In this document: in pieces, positions 40,625-59,907 of the stretch | How positions within the stretch are numbered: the stretch's first letter is position 1 | Layout of the letters: every line of letters starts with the position of its first letter | Origin: Ascidiella aspersa | Taxonomy: Eukaryota | DNA length: 64,000 nucleotides | Direction: 5' to 3' | Assembly (NCBI GenBank): GCA_963924565.1 | Contig: OZ004607.1 | Location: forward strand, 30,070,001 to 30,134,000 | The notes under the pieces: generated by a model | Seen by the model: only the letters and a program-made list of their open reading frames with translations | What the model was told of the DNA's origin: nothing | Databases searched by the model: none | Translations under genes and position numbers: made by a program

Positions 40625-41366
40625 CATTGAAATTAACTGAAAAACAATTGATTTTCAAATGAGCTAAAAACCTCAAATGGTCTTTTTTTATTATGCTGCT
40701 TGTTACATGGGCCGCAAGTAGCTATTTAAACGATTACAAGAACAACAAATAAGTAGCGTGAAGCACAATGCACATATTAAACTTTCAAACAATATGTACA
40801 CTTTCCACGAGCTCATAGACTACACAGCATCAACAGCACGTTTTGCAATTTTGTTTTGTTGATAGTTCAGATTCGTGGAAATTACTTTCGCTGTCTACTT
40901 CCGTCAGCCATCGACTTTAATAAGAATTCTTGACACAAAATCAGATACTAGCTAGTAACTAACTGTGAATTTTTTTTGTTTTTTTTGTTTTTTTGTTTTT
41001 TTTGTTTTTTTATACTAAGATAAACATTGAAATTGATTGGCAAACAATTCATATATAAATAAGCTAAAAAAATCAAATGGTCTTTTTTATTATGCTGCTT
41101 GTTACATGGATCACAAGTAGTATTCCAAAGCTTACAAGAACAACAAATTAGCCGCGCTAAGCCAATCCACATTTTCAACTTTCAAGCAGTAACATGAACA
41201 CTTTCCGCAAATTAATACACAGCATAAACAGCACATTTCTGCAGTTTTGTTTTGCTGATAGTTCAGATTCGTGTAAAATTACTTCCGCTTCCTGCTTCCG
41301 TCAACCATCGTCTTTCATAAGAATTCTAGATTTAATTCATCAACTAGCACTAGCTCGTAACTAACT
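40625..41366 (+). repeat. Diverged tandem duplication of a ~340-400 bp unit
   Basis: 40625-40962 and 41025-41366 share TCAAATGGTCTTTTTTATTATGCTGCTTGTTACATGG and GATAGTTCAGATTCGTG; repeated again in duplication copy 2. Confidence 0.85.
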
Positions 41367-41459
41367 ATCACCAGCTACCACAGCAACTATCCATGGTTGT
41401 TTTTAACCAATAGAACAAAAAAATCGTTTAAGACGATTTTAATCGTGGACGTATAAGAA

Positions 41460-41679
41460 TTTGAGTTATGGTCAAAACTATGAGAGGGTTTTTGAAGACC
41501 CTTTTTCTCGCCCAAAACAGTCTTACACAGACCAACCAAAACCATTACGGGGTCAAATATGTGGATGAACTCTCTGCAAAGGAAATTATGGGCCTGATGA
41601 GTTCAAACAATATTTCCTACGAGAATCTACGTTTTGCGGTTGATTATGATATTTTTGTTTTTATGCTTGTAACTTATAA
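41460..41679 (+). pseudogene. 3' fragment of the methyltransferase, frameshifted
   Basis: Aligns to about 39200-39416 (NQYGVK..ELSAKEIMGLMSSNNISYENLRF). A 1-bp deletion near 41648 shifts the frame. The paralogous 3' flank resumes near 44085 after the transposon. Confidence 0.85.
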
Positions 41680-41745
41680 ACACATTTACGTATTTCTGCA
41701 TTGCTTGTTTGGTAATTTGAACTGATTTTAAAAGAGTCATTGTAT

Positions 41746-44078
41746 CACTGGCCAACCAAAAAATCTTGGCATGAAAGGTAAGAACGATTTTAGAATATAT
41801 CAGGGGCGCTGAGTTCGAAAATCCCATTAGTTTTTTCAAATTGGCTCTAGCTTTTGAAATATCAGCAAATTTTAGATAAATTTGGTACCTTGCATTTTAT
41901 CTTAAGCAACAGCCTATATGTTAAATGTTAAAGTACCGTATACACTAAAACCACAACAATGAGCAAAAGGTAAAGGTACAATAAGATAAGATAAAAAAGT
42001 ACTTCGTAAATCTATTCTTTTCCATATATTCAACACGAAAAATACCCCATTTAATCGTATTTTCCACTGATTCTCTTAACATATTACAATTTGTGAAACC
42101 AAGCTTCCTATACCACATTCAAACTTGCTTGAAGTGAGCAATAATATAACAGTAATTTGGTAATAACCAACCAAGTATGCCTAAGCCTGCACAAGAAAGA
42201 CGACAGTTTGTAAAAATATTTTCCACGGAATATTTAGATGTTAGAGCAAAACAGTTCAATATATTCATCTGAGGATGTGCACTAGTGAAGTTCTTAGAAG
42301 CAACCTTAGTTATTTACTCGAATTAGCTTAAGGTCATCTGCAGGAAAGCCTTCTTGTACAACCCCATTTGATGTACAATGGAGGTGATGATGCAATCACG
42401 ACCGATCAAAGGTTCATTTACAATGTTTTTATCTCCGTGCACAAGCTGTGTTCACGTATGGGCCATTCCTTTTAATTCAGCGTTGATCAGTGGACGGACT
42501 ATCCAAGTAACAAATAAAGCAGGGATGCTTGGTGTAGCCGCCTTGTTGTACTAAGAGAAAGTTCAATATTTTCAAATCAACGCGAATATCTTCCAGTTGT
42601 GCTAAGTATAGGAAAGTTTTGTCAGAATCATGTTTACACTTTGGTAGTGTTTCTTTAAAACGACTGAGTGGCCAACTGGATGCAGACAAACTTATTTCAG
42701 TTGTGAAGTAGCCCACATTTAAAACTTTGGTTGGATCTATAAATAAATAACCTTCATTCTTCTGGTTCAAGTAAGCCTATAGATAAAAGTAGTCATTGTA
42801 TGTAGTAAACTAAATTATCTTCTTGAGAAAAAATCGCATTACCATTTCTTCTCTGTCCTGGTAAAAAGTAAAGTTTGATGCCGAATCAAGAATATTATGA
42901 TCACTAAGGCGGAGGTCAGCATTTAGCTATTTTCCCCACTTCTACCTATGTTACGCACTAGCACAGGGGTCGGCAACCTTTCGTATACAGTGTGCCAATT
43001 TATAAATAATTTCAAAATATCAACAACTCGCGTGCCAAACATGTTCAATGTTTGGTTTTGCACTGGCGGAGTCGGTCCGGCCAAATGTGCAATTTCATTG
43101 AGTCCCGAGGCCGGATCAGTCTCTAGTCTTCAGCCTTATTTCACCGATTTACGTAACTAAAATAAGATGGATTTTCAGCAATCCACTTATAAGGTTCATA
43201 GAAAATATGCCACCACATGCTATTCCACCTTCAAAATTTACTGTTTGCTGCCTTATTAGTTTCGAAATTTGGTACTGCGCATGCCGCACACGTCGGACTC
43301 GGGTAGTTTTACCTAGAGTCTTACTCGAGTCCCATCCGACTCCTTAGCGCTGCTGTAATCTGACATTTATTTTACGCATCTTGGGAGACGCCAAAAAACC
43401 TAAATTCAGAAGTTAAATTCTGTAAAGATACCCTAACCCTGCTGTAAATAAAACTAACTGTCACGAACACACAACTGTACCCGCTACTTTGGAATATACT
43501 ACGATACTTTTCAGTCGATACCTATAGAGGTGTTAACTGTTAGTTTCGCTTTTCGCTTGGTTTCTTAGTCGCGCAAAAACACACGTGCTTAATTTTAATG
43601 TAGAATGCCCTGCTTTAACGCAGTAAACATCACGCAAATTTTTAGGGCATCGTAATACGAACGGTGAGTCGTAAACAACAAGTTTAACGCCCACAAAAAT
43701 AAGTTAAATACAACAGTTAAGACACTAAATTGTGACAGGAACGTTGCAGATCAAAAAAAAAATGGAATTGTGTGCAACCATTTATTTCGCGCTAGTGTTA
43801 GTGATGCGATAGTGGTGGTGTAATGGCTGTACTTTCTTAAGGTGATATAACGTGCGCGTTAAATCGTTTGGCGAGCCCGGGAAAATCATCTCGCGTGCCA
43901 CTTTTGGCATGCACTAACATACATTTTTTAACGGTATATGTAGTAAGAAGCCATATCTCAAACACTAGAGCCAACTCAGCAAAAATAATGGCAGTTTCGG
44001 ACTCAGCGCCCCTGGTATACCCCTAAATTTATCAAACGCATCATGCCCTTTGAAAAAAATATTTTTTGTTGGCCTGTG
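41746..44078 (-). mobile_element. Degenerate DNA transposon, Chapaev3 (CMC)-like, with transposase remnant
   Basis: Termini CACTGGCCAAC...GTTGGCCTGTG and subterminal inverted blocks (AGGGGCGCTGAGTTCGAA / TTCGGACTCAGCGCCCCT). Internal remnant DLKILNFLLVQQGGYTKHPCFICYLDS at 42477-42770. The family assignment is from recall of the motif. Confidence 0.7.
42964..43910. mobile_element. hAT-type MITE nested in the Chapaev3-like element; inverted relative of 22448-23247
   Basis: Starts CAGGGGTCGGCAACC; internal sequence is the reverse complement of the 22448-23247 element. Confidence 0.75.
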
Positions 44079-47000
44079 AATTATTATTGCATGAACAAAT
44101 AAATGTTTTTAATTTAAATTGCTTCTTATATTCCTTTTTTGTTTTTGCCTTTGATTTTGTTCATCTTGCCTTTTTGACAAACTGTTTTTTTAGTTTTATC
44201 ACTGTTCGCTAAGTGTACATAAAAAATGTAGGGTAATGTTGTCCGTAATGGGATACTTTTCTTTCAAATTATTATAGCTATAAATTATCACAGTGATATT
44301 TTAAAAGTTTATTGTCTGTCATAAACGCTTTGGCAATACTAGCTTTTGAGTATTTAAATCGTCTTAAAAATACTTTGTTGTCTCCAGTCTTTACAAACCA
44401 AAGTTTCATATGATCGGACATTATGATTCGCAAGATTGGACAGAAATATCCTTTAATATAAATTGACCAATGTATTTCCCAAGGATTAAAACAACTTAAA
44501 TTTTGTCCCTACAACAAATACCTTTAAACAAAATACCTCTCTTATACATTAAAACACACGGCGCAGGGCAAATCGTGTCTGTTTGTCTGTCTGTTTTGTA
44601 CCGGTAGGGTACTTAATTTTAAAGTTAATTTTGTTTTACCCCGAATTGTTGTGTTTTCGTTTAATATTGTTTTACTGCTTTTGCATTTTGTCTTATAAAC
44701 GTCTTTATACAGTGATCTGGGAGTTTTGACTAGACAATTAACTGTATGGCTAGTGAAAACGCATAGAAGCTTTAAATCATATATCGAATATCATTTCACA
44801 CCAACTATATAATAAAGTTTTGCCGGTTAAAAACTTGGAACCAGTTGGCTCCTCGTTATTATTCTCCTTTTAGTATTATTCCAAAAAACTGGAATCCTTC
44901 AATCCGAGTATATCCACCATTTCCCCTGTTAAGTAGCCCCTAGTTACAAAAAAATAAATCATTTTCACTATGTTGACATCAATTCAAGTGGTAGCCTAAT
45001 ATAACCCAACGACATATAGTTTTGGGCTACCTATAATGGCACGTTGTTGTAAACGCGATGTCCCGACTCAGGGAACGTCCCATATAGGGCAATATTCCCC
45101 TACTGAATTTATCTTTTTATATCTATGACGGCTGGTCAGTTAATTGGACACTGCATGCTGGCGACGTGGCAATGTGTATATCTCACTTTAGCCGGCCAAT
45201 TATGTATAGTAATATGATATTTAGCCGAATTTGCAGTGAAGTCATGCCAGCCGCCCATAGCATATTGACTGACAAACAAATTTGTGGCATTTCGCTAGCC
45301 GGCCAATTCTTACTTTTAAGCGGTTGTATTTGGCTACCTGTTAATTTTTTACAGTCATATTTAAATACAGTGATGGTAATATATAAACAGGGAAGTTTGT
45401 TGCATATAGTAAGTTATTCAGAACGTTCTACATTTCTTCATTAATATTATGAAGGAAAACCTACCAGTGTGTGCCCTTGTTTGTACGGGTTTTATCAGTA
45501 AAGTTAAACGAAAAACCTTTTAAAGTGTCCGGAAACCGTGTCATATGCCAATGCTGTCGGTCACAAACTATTAATGGGTTACTTTCCAAAATATTAATGG
45601 GTTACTTAATTCCAGTACACCTTTCAGTAGCTGCAAAAGAAAAAGTCAGGTGAAACTCGTTTTTGTATTGATTATCTCGGCTTCAACGAGGTAAAAACTA
45701 AAAAAAAATCCTATACAACGAGTAGACGAGATGCTTATTAAGGTATCTAAATCCATGTATTTTAGTACCTTAGATGAGTGCTCCGCAACAATTTTGCCGC
45801 AGCACACTGGTGTACCACAAGACCATGTGTGCAGCGACGGGAGGTATGTTACTTGTGTTTTATGAGTACCTTATGATATTCAGTCAAATTAATGCGAATT
45901 TTTTTTTATTTAATCATGGCAGTTGCTTTAATCTCATGCAATATGTCAGGGTTAATTGTATGGGCATACTATTTCAAACTTCTTAAAACCTATGTTATCT
46001 TCTATCACCAGAAATCAAATTTAGAAACAAAATTCACTGACTCAACTACCAAGAGTATACACATACAACGGCTGCAAATACCTTAATGTTGCCTACAATC
46101 CGCTATTAGAAGGGGCCCCCTACAAATTTTAGGGCTTTGACCGGCTTAAGAGTGTTTAGAAAGTCTGCAAAACTGCAAAATCATAATAGGCCCATATAGG
46201 AATGTAATACCGGTACGTAAAAGTATTTTTTTTCAATAAAAATATATTAGTGTTTTTAAAGCTTGATAATAAACAATTTGTTTTCCTTCGCGAGGCTTTG
46301 GTGCCCCTTGCGAAGGGAAGCGAACTGCCTAAATTGCCGACTTGTGTTACAAAAAATATCAGAATTTATTATACTAAACTATGAAAATGGCCGAATCCAT
46401 AAAATTGATAAGCTAATGACCTATGCTTTAACTACGTGCAAATCTAATTAATAAAACATGTGTGTTAAATTGGTATACACTTATGTTAAGAGCAGTATTT
46501 CTTAATCTTCTTTGCCTCACGGAGGACATGTAGACCTCTAAAAACCTGGCGGCGCACTTAGCGAGCTCTATTTTTTTGGTTTAGCCCGGTATTTTTCCGA
46601 TCCTAAGGAAAAAATTAAAAAAACGATAAAAAAACGTTTTATTTTTGGATTAATTTTCCACTTGCCCGCGTTTCACCTGGTTAAAGTTCCATGGAGCACT
46701 AATTAGGAAGTGCTGGTTTAATTTTTATACGTTGACCTAAATGAAAGTTCTGCGAACACAAAGTATTGTAGTTATTGATTTTCTGTTATGTGGCAACGTC
46801 TTTATAATTTTCAATCTTACAAGTTACATTGTCCTATAACAAACTTAATATTTTGTAACTTTTACCAGAACTTCTGGTAGTGGAAGGCAATCGTTTTCTA
46901 CTCCATCTGTATGCTACCGAACAGTATTGTGCCCGAAAAGGTTTATAAGGGTGCGCCGAATTTATTTTTTTTTTAATTTTGGAAAATACCATATTTTATA

Positions 47001-47322
47001 GCAAATATAAATGCAGACAAGCAGGCAAGCAAGCATGTGGACTTGAATACGCACTATTAGAAATCTGACAAAACATAAAATTGTATTCACTAAATGTAAT
47101 GCCCTGTATCAAGGTCGACTGTCAACTTTTTTTTTTGTCAACTTTATTTTTTTTTTACAATATTTTTTCATGGAAAATGTGCCGATTTTTTTTATTTAGT
47201 TGTATTAGTGTACCGCAAGCTAAAAACTTTTAAGACGCACTGCTCTACACAGACGAAAAATTACTAAACTACTACAAATATAATACGACAAAACGACAAG
47301 TTTAGTTCCACAAAATATGTTT

Positions 47323-51964
<4,642 letters not shown>

Positions 51965-52953
51965 TTCGACTGTTTTTTCTGCAAAACTAACGAAATCCTT
52001 CTTGATATAAAAGAAGTTGCACTGGTGCAGGACTGCAGGTATTAACACAATCTAAAGGTTTGACGCTGCCTTTTAAAAACACATTGTTTAAAAAACTCAC
52101 AAACATACTTTCGAAACAGGTCAAGAGCAAAACGACAAAAGCTACTGTTAGTCTCGAATAAAATGCCTAAAAAGAGCTTAGCCTATTTTGTAAAATAAAA
52201 GCAGACATAAATGCCTTATTGCTTTAAGCATGTTGCACCCCCGCAAGATTCTCATCACTGCCTAACGCATTCGCGTCGGTAGCGTGTTTATAGAACCGGC
52301 GCTGACCTTTCGAGTCTAACCTGAAGCAAACAAGAGTCATTCAATAAAGGCCACTATATCACCTGACTTTTCAGTCACCTGATTTGACGATGTTTGCTCA
52401 ACCGGCGCTTTCTCCGACTGATCTTAAGTGCGATATCTACGATTTTCTAAACAATTACCGGATTAAAAAATGTATATATTAGACGTGCTCGTCGTGCTGT
52501 TATTGTGAATTACGGTTATAATAAACCCATTTACTTTATACGTTGGTTTCTATTCTATTAGCACTGAATAATTTTAGTACTGTACGTTTTGTGCAATAAA
52601 CAATCAAAAAATCGAAAATGGAAATCATATATGCAGGGGGAAGAATTTTCTAAAAGCTACGTTATTTTTTTACGATGATTAGTTGTACAAATTAAGGTTT
52701 TGTTCGTGACCCACGCTATCCAAAGCTTCGCCACCCCTTCCCGGTGTGATGAACAGATTTACCCAAAGCCGATAAACGCGAAACTCACCCATTTTAAGAA
52801 AGCAAAATGTCAATAAAGTAAGTTGACACATTAAAGAAAGGATGTTAGGCTTGCTGCCTTCAATATCATGTCAGCTAGGTATAATGCTTCACACTGACCG
52901 CTATTGCTCAGTTAGACTTTTCAACAAAAATGTCTGTGGCTTTCGGCGGCGCG

Positions 52954-53103
52954 TACGTGACTTATAGTCATACTGACTATGTTTTCCTGAACAACACACG
53001 TGACAGCAAACCTGGCAATGCACTTGACGATGTATGCCTGACAAATACAAGCGACAGCAAGTCTGTTAATACACGTGACTGTAGCCTAGCTAAGTGCACG
53101 TGA
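52954..53103. promoter_or_regulatory. Cluster of four (C/T)ACGTGA E-box motifs between divergent CYP-E and CYP-F
   Basis: TACGTGAC 52954, CACGTGAC 52997, CACGTGAC 53072, CACGTGAT 53097. Confidence 0.45.
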
Positions 53104-54030
53104 TTACAGTTTGTTTATTACCTATCCAAATCGCTGATAAAAGTTCAACTCGGTATTTAAGTTTAATACACCTGTTGCCACAGTTTCTGCTGCTGCTGTT
53201 AAGAAAACTCCACAATAGTTTCATCGTTCACTCAAATTTAGTTCAAGCCATTATCTACACTTAACCCTAACCAAGGGTAAATAATCCAGTGTCATAAAAG
53301 CGGCACCTAAACGTCGATCTCAGAACGTCCGTTGTGAAAGGGGTAGCGCCCAAACCCCCCTTTTCCCATTCCGGTTGATTTATGTCATTCCGGTTGATTT
53401 AGAACTTATTCCGATGGTTTAAGCCATATTTCGTTGTAGATATTATTGCCACTTTGGTTTATTTTGTCGATTCCGTTGCAAATATTGTTGCTTTATACGT
53501 CTCAGTGTGTCCTGGCAAATTGATATTGCCAAGATTTATATGAAACGAAATAAAATTCAGTGTTGATAATGCCGTTTGCTTTATGTTAAATATCATCTAG
53601 CACGGTGGTGTTTTAATGGCGGATCTCGTTCCGGTTCCGGATCTTTTCAACTTTGCGTGTGGTTCTCCCAATGTATAGTCTTAAAAATAATCAGTATTTT
53701 CATGGTACCAATCTATGTAACTTGGCTTTTTTGCTGACTGTTTTACCACTCTAAATACTGGTTTACATGTTTACTAATCGTATTTAGTGGATCATCCTTT
53801 TTGTCAGGGTTGGCTGTGGTGGATCATGGCAGAAATCATTTAAACACCCCTTATCTAGCACGAATTATATTCTCAAAGTAGTTTAGGTCAAATTTTACTA
53901 TCCACAACATATTGAAATAGGTATTGTTTGAAAATAATAAAAAAATATATATATGTGTTCTCTGACGGCTGTACTCCGTTGAATCTAACAAAATTTAAAA
54001 AGCGTTTTTTTTTGCATTTTTGATCTTAAG

Positions 54031-57000
54031 ATTTGGGCTTGGAAAACGTGTAATGGAAGATAGAATTATAGAAGAGGCCGGTTACTTAACTGAAGAAATC
54101 CGACGAAAAAACGGAAGACCTTTCTTTATTAAAGTAAGATACAATTAATTTGTATTTTAGATACAGTGTTTTTTTTAAACGTGAAACTCAAGTAATATGA
54201 AATAAAAGCATATGTGTCATAACTGCATGTGCTGATGCCTTACTGGTCGATTATATTGCTGTCGATTGGCATTAATAAAATGTGCTTTCCCATTTTCCAG
54301 ACCTTGATGGCACACACTGTGTCGAACGTCATTTGCGACGTTGCGCTCGGAAGACGATTCGACTACGGCGACCAGTGGCTTGTCAGCCTTTTGGAAATTT
54401 TTGATAAATGGTAAAATTCGGTCTGTTCAAATTAGGATGTGCAATACAAAGGTAGCCCTGACAGTGTTAGCGCAGTTCTTTTGCACAAAAAAAATCGTTT
54501 TTTAAAACCATGTTTGTTGAAAAGTATTATTATAGATAGGCCTATACATCCAGGATGCTGTGTGCAAGCAACAAAACTCGACGTTGGAAAAATACAGTGG
54601 ATTACATTGTTGCATTTGTTTTAGCATATGCTTTCATGCTAAACTTGCTCTAATAGATGTATAATAACCTATGATTTATTTAGTCCTTGTTTCGCAGGTC
54701 TGGTGATTCGAGCCAAACAAGGGCGTTTTTAGCACTTCAGTTCGCACCCTGGCTGGAACACTTTCCCCCGTTTAGCGCCGTAATAAAAGAGCTGAGCGTC
54801 GATGTCAACAAATTGTTGGGTGGGTCCACTTCTCTAGTCTATTACAACGTTTGTTTTTCCTGGAGCAGTGTCTCAATGCAACATATTTTAAAAACCTCTC
54901 TGATAAAATATACCTAATAGCCTACCATTATAGTTGAGAAAAGTTTTTTTTTTCTGTTCTATGCGTTACGTCCCAAATATTATTTTTGCCGGTAGAAAAC
55001 TTGTCATATACGTTGCAGTAGGAAGATTATTCTACGTTCAACCCTGGACAACAGATGCATTAGTTATTTTTGTACACACGATGTATAGATTTCAGAGACG
55101 TGCTAAAGACATTTTATCTTGCAGTTTTTATAAATGATTATTCAAAATAGTGTCCGTGATGTCTCTTCAACCACGGAAAAGCATATAGGTGGTATGTGGA
55201 ACCCGACGTCACATTAACTTCGTTGTTCAGGTCGCTTTGAAGTTCTGGTCAAGGAGCACGAAGATAGTTTGGATGCTGAAAATGTCCGAGACTTTATCGA
55301 CGCCTTTCTTGTGGAAATGGACAAGGGAACAGATACGTTTACAGTGCGTGGACAAATGATCGCTGGAACGACGCGATTTGTATACAAAAACAATTTGCGG
55401 CCGGGTCGTGTTGAAGTCGCACAAGACTTAACTTTGTAAAGTTCTACTATAAACTTTTGTAGAATAACTGGCTACGTTAAATATTTACACACAACATACA
55501 ATTGTTGTAACGACTAAGTCATTTACTTGACTTTGAGTCAATGACGATGACTTGACTTACGTGCACTTAAGTCACAGTTTAAAATGACTTGATTTCACTT
55601 GAGTATTTTGGCAAAATGACTTCAAGGCTGCGGCGTCGTTTAAGGCTGTATACACCGAGTCGCGAGTCCGGTGCCGACTCTACAGCCTGTATTACACATA
55701 TTTGCGTAAGCAAAACAGGGTGGATATACAACAATTCATTTAAAGGGGTGTTATATAACACATCCATCCGCAATACGTGGATGAAATATTCCACCATTTG
55801 CTATTCCATCTTTACATTGTTTACGGCGAAATTTTGTTTGCGCATGCGCACGCAGGATTAGGGACTCGGGTAGTTTTACGCAGTCTTACCCGAGTACCGA
55901 GTTCGACTTCTACTACGCAGCCCTGGACTCGACTTGATTCGAGGCTTTTAGATAACTGACTTAAATTTGGCACATAAAATAATTTTCTTGCGATATGTTG
56001 GGTTTTGACTTAACCAACTGATTACGTTTTAATTGTAAACAAAACTCATAGCGCCACAGCGTAGTGCGAGATATTTCTACAGATAATGTGAAATATTTGT
56101 CCTTTGTACAGAAACTTCAGCTCCTTCAATACCTAAGCGACCTGTTCCAAGCCGGGACCGAGACGACTTCAAGCACAATGCTCTGGTCGCTGCTCTGCCT
56201 TCTTCATTATCCACAGATGCAAGAGCGAATGTTTAGAGAAATCGTTGATGTCATGGGTACGAAATTCTAACTGCACTGTAATCAGGCCTAAACCAGAGGT
56301 CGCGTATACATGAATAAAGGTCAAGATAATAACTCCAAATGAAGTGGTTTGCGCAAAACTATAGACTTAAACAGCACAAATGCCCCTTTGACAGTCGCTA
56401 CTGGTAACAGGTGTTTTTAATACACAAAAAGGTAGTGTAACTTATTTTCGTATGGTAACTTATTACGCTTACTGGTATACTTGCACGGTGTATATGTGCG
56501 ACAGTACAGGATATTATACAGCCGCTATATTAGGCCTGTTTGCTCAAGTGAGCTTGCATCTTTGCTTTTAAAAACGACTTTTGATTTGGCAGCAAGGTTT
56601 TTATGATATTTTAAGGCGAAGAGGGCCGTCCGACCTTTTCAATGAAGGAACAGATGCCTTACTGCAGCGCTTTTATTCACGAGATCGGACGATACCGGAC
56701 TCTCCTTCCATTGGCACTTCCGCATTGCGCCGCTGAAGACACTAAAATGAACGACTTTGTTATCAACAAAGGAACAACGGTAAAAATAAAGTAAATATTA
56801 TTCACACACTTCACGCTAATAACATAATTTATCACTAGTTACAGAGATCTTAAAAATATATGCTCGGGTATAGCTATATAGCTTAACAATATCTGTATGA
56901 AATTTTAATGCGGGATAATAGGCTACTAAACATTGCAGTTAACACAGGTGATCGCCAACCTTTGGGCTGTTCACAACGACCCGAACCTGTTCGACCAACC

Positions 57001-57262
57001 TGACAAGTTCGACCCGGGCCGACACAGCGACGAGAAGGGCAACTTTGTCAAGTCCAAGTATGTGATTCCCTTCTCGGTGGGTCCCCGCTTTTGCATTGGT
57101 AAGCAGCTGGCAAAAATGGAGCTCTTTCTCTTTCTTACTTCCATGGTGCAGAGGTTCAAGTTCGAGCCTAAGCCCGGTCAAATGCCTGATATAGAAAATG
57201 CTTCAAAAGGATTGGTCTTCGCGCCGTTGGAATTTGATCTGATAGCCACCGAGAGAATATAG
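54031..57262 (+). pseudogene. Cytochrome P450, CYP2 clan (CYP-F); intact exons 3-9, no local exons 1-2 (5'-truncated or unconventionally spliced)
   Basis: Exons 54031-54133, 54301-54410, 54698-54819, 55231-55343, 56112-56256, 56616-56779, 56948-57262, with no stop or frameshift. [24 protein letters not shown]. No PPGP or WxxxRKF exon seen on + between 52000 and 54030. Confidence 0.8.
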
Positions 57263-57854
57263 TCACGCGTATCTGCGTTTCGTACAGCTTTTTGTGTTTC
57301 AGAAATCGGATTTGCGTCTCTTTTGGTTATCTATATCTTCTGGTAATTTTTATAAAGTTTACCAATGCGATCGCTAAAACGTACATATTAAACTGTGCAC
57401 ATCAACTCACGAAATAAAACAAAAGCCCTTTGGTCCAACTTCCCATTACAGCTATAGAAAAAACACGTTTATCTTTCTAGTTTAGTGTAAGTAAATTAAA
57501 TTTTTATTAGCAGAATAGGTCGCTTAAGTTTATGTTACACAAGAAAAATGTTCTAAAACTATGTGCGTATATATATTTTATAGTGATATCTAGCATTTTG
57601 TCTGTGTCAGCTTGAGATGTTGCGATTAAGTCGTTGGGAATTACCGTTCCTCTTTTTGACCTGCTATTAGTTTTTTCTTCCACGTATATCACTGTTATTT
57701 AGTTAGTCGCCTTACGATAAGCCTGCAACAGCGCACAGTAAACGATGGGAGCACAAATCCGTGACATTGACATTGTTCCGTTGCAGCTGGTGTGTTGCAC
57801 TGCAGCAATTACATTACTTGCCCACTTGTAAAGTGTGACTTAAGTGCCTGATAG

Positions 57855-58245
57855 CAGTGTTGTAATGACTTAAGTCATTGACTTGACTTAAGTGCCCTTA
57901 AGTCACTGAATGACTTGACCTGACTTAAGTCCTTTGACCAAAATGACTTGACTTGACTTAAGTCTTTTGGCAAATAACTTAGGAGTAAATTAAGTGTTTT
58001 TCATTAAAATTTATCTCAAGTTTTGCATATTAAACACTTTAATTGCTGTGTATTGCGTATGTGTTTTTTTAGTTAAATTGTTGCTTATAATCGGACGAGT
58101 TTACCAATTTTAATAGTTTAATAATTTACTTTTATGTCAATGACATGACTTGAAATTGACTTGCTCTCATAATGACTTGACTGGGACTTGACTTGGGCAA
58201 CAGATGACTTGGACTGGGACTTGACTTGTTATTTTTGCAAAAGAC
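57855..58245. mobile_element. GACTT-repeat MITE family member, cut by the duplication junction (others at about 3270-3410, 15218-15312, 17845-17915, 55504-55960)
   Basis: Starts CAGTGTTGTAATGACTTAAGTC; arrays of GACTTGACTT / AAGTCAAGTC. Confidence 0.7.
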
Positions 58246-59907
58246 GAGAAATTTGTGATAAGCGAAAATTAAACTTTGAATTGTAGGCCTACAAAGGCAA
58301 AGCTACGTGGATAAGTCATAAATAAAGAGTGGCTCTGTTGGCATATAAGTCGTGTTTCTATTTTTACCTTTTTTTACATTATATATTTTTTGACAACTTT
58401 ACATTATATTCAGCATTCTGCCTATATTAAATACCTCATATATTGAACAAATACCTTTCATGGTATTGAAACACAGGGAGCAGGACAAATCTTGTCTGTT
58501 TGTTTTGTACCAATTAAAAAAAAACATTTTACCTCGAATTGATGTGTGTCTTTAAAAATTTGGCAAGCCTATTCTATAACACGAGCGGTCCAAATGACCT
58601 TTGTCCAATAACGAAAGAAATGTAGAATAATTTAGCGTTATTTTCGGTAAAGGTCAGGGGCTGGAGCGATTTCAGGGCAAGGGGGGCGACTTTTTTGGTA
58701 AGGGCAACATAGACCGCAGACGAGCGTAGCGAGCCGAAATATTGGGGGACCCCCGGACCGCAAAAATTCGCTTCTCTCCGTATGCTCTGACGTGGCGTGC
58801 ATTGGCATACGTAAGCGCTCGCTTACGACACGATAAGACGGCGTGTGCATTGGTCTTAATTGACTTAAAAATGTTAAACTATGCCATAGACGTTGTCAGG
58901 ATGTCTGTCTGAAGAGCCTGGCATAAAACGAAAATACCCATAAACAGTAACATTTTATTTTTTTCTGAAAGTTTGGATTAGGGGTCTAGGCCTTCACTTG
59001 GCTACACGCATTTTTTTTTATAAGAAACCCTCTATAAGAAACTGAGTACTCGGATTTTTTTGTTTTATTTACACTAGCATCATTGAAATTGACTGAAAAA
59101 CAATTGATTTTCAAATGAGCTAAAAACCTCAAATGGTCTTTTTTTATTATGCTGCTTGTTACATGGGCCGCAAGTAGCTATTTAAACGATTACAAGAACA
59201 ACAAATAAGTAGCGTGAAGCACAATGCACATATTAAACTTTCAAACAATATGTACACTTTCCACGAGCTCATAGACTACACAGCATCAACAGCACGTTTT
59301 GCAATTTTGTTTTGTTGATAGTTCAGATTCGTGGAAATTACTTTCGCTGTATACTTCCGTCAGCCATCGACTTTAATAAGAATTCTTGACACAAAATCAG
59401 ATACTAGCTAGTAACTAACTGTGAATTTTTTTTTGTTTTTTTTGTTTTGTTGTTTTTTTATACTAAGATAAACATTGAAATTGATTGGCAAACAATTCAT
59501 ATATAAATAAGCTAAAAAAATCAAATGGTCTTTTTTATTATGCTGCTTGTTACATGGATCACAAGTAGTATTCCAAAGCTTACAAGAACAACAAATTAGC
59601 CGCGCTAAGCCAATCCACATTTTCAACTTTGAAGCAGTAACATGAACACTTTCCGCAAATCAATACACAGCATAAACAGCACATTTCTGCAGTTTTGTTT
59701 TGCTGATAGTTCAGATTCGTGTAAAATTACTTCCGCTTTCTGCTTCCGTCAACCATCGTCTTTCATAAGAATTCTTGATTTAATTCATCAACTAGCACCA
59801 GCTCGTAACTAACTATCACCAGCTACCACAGCAACTGTCCATGGCTGTTTTTAACCAATAGAACAAAAAAATCGTTTAAGACGATTTTAATCGTGGACGT
59901 ATAAGAA

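Larger units (their letters stand above)
39988..45550 (+). repeat. Segmental duplication, copy 1
   Basis: Nearly identical to 58247-64000; ORF pairs 41468/59916, 42477/60925, 42948/61396 and 45166/63614 all have offset 18448. Confidence 0.97.

Noticed and set aside
53262-53280. TAACCCTAACC telomere-like motif (also about 43430)
   Set aside because: Fewer than two full units; expected by chance.
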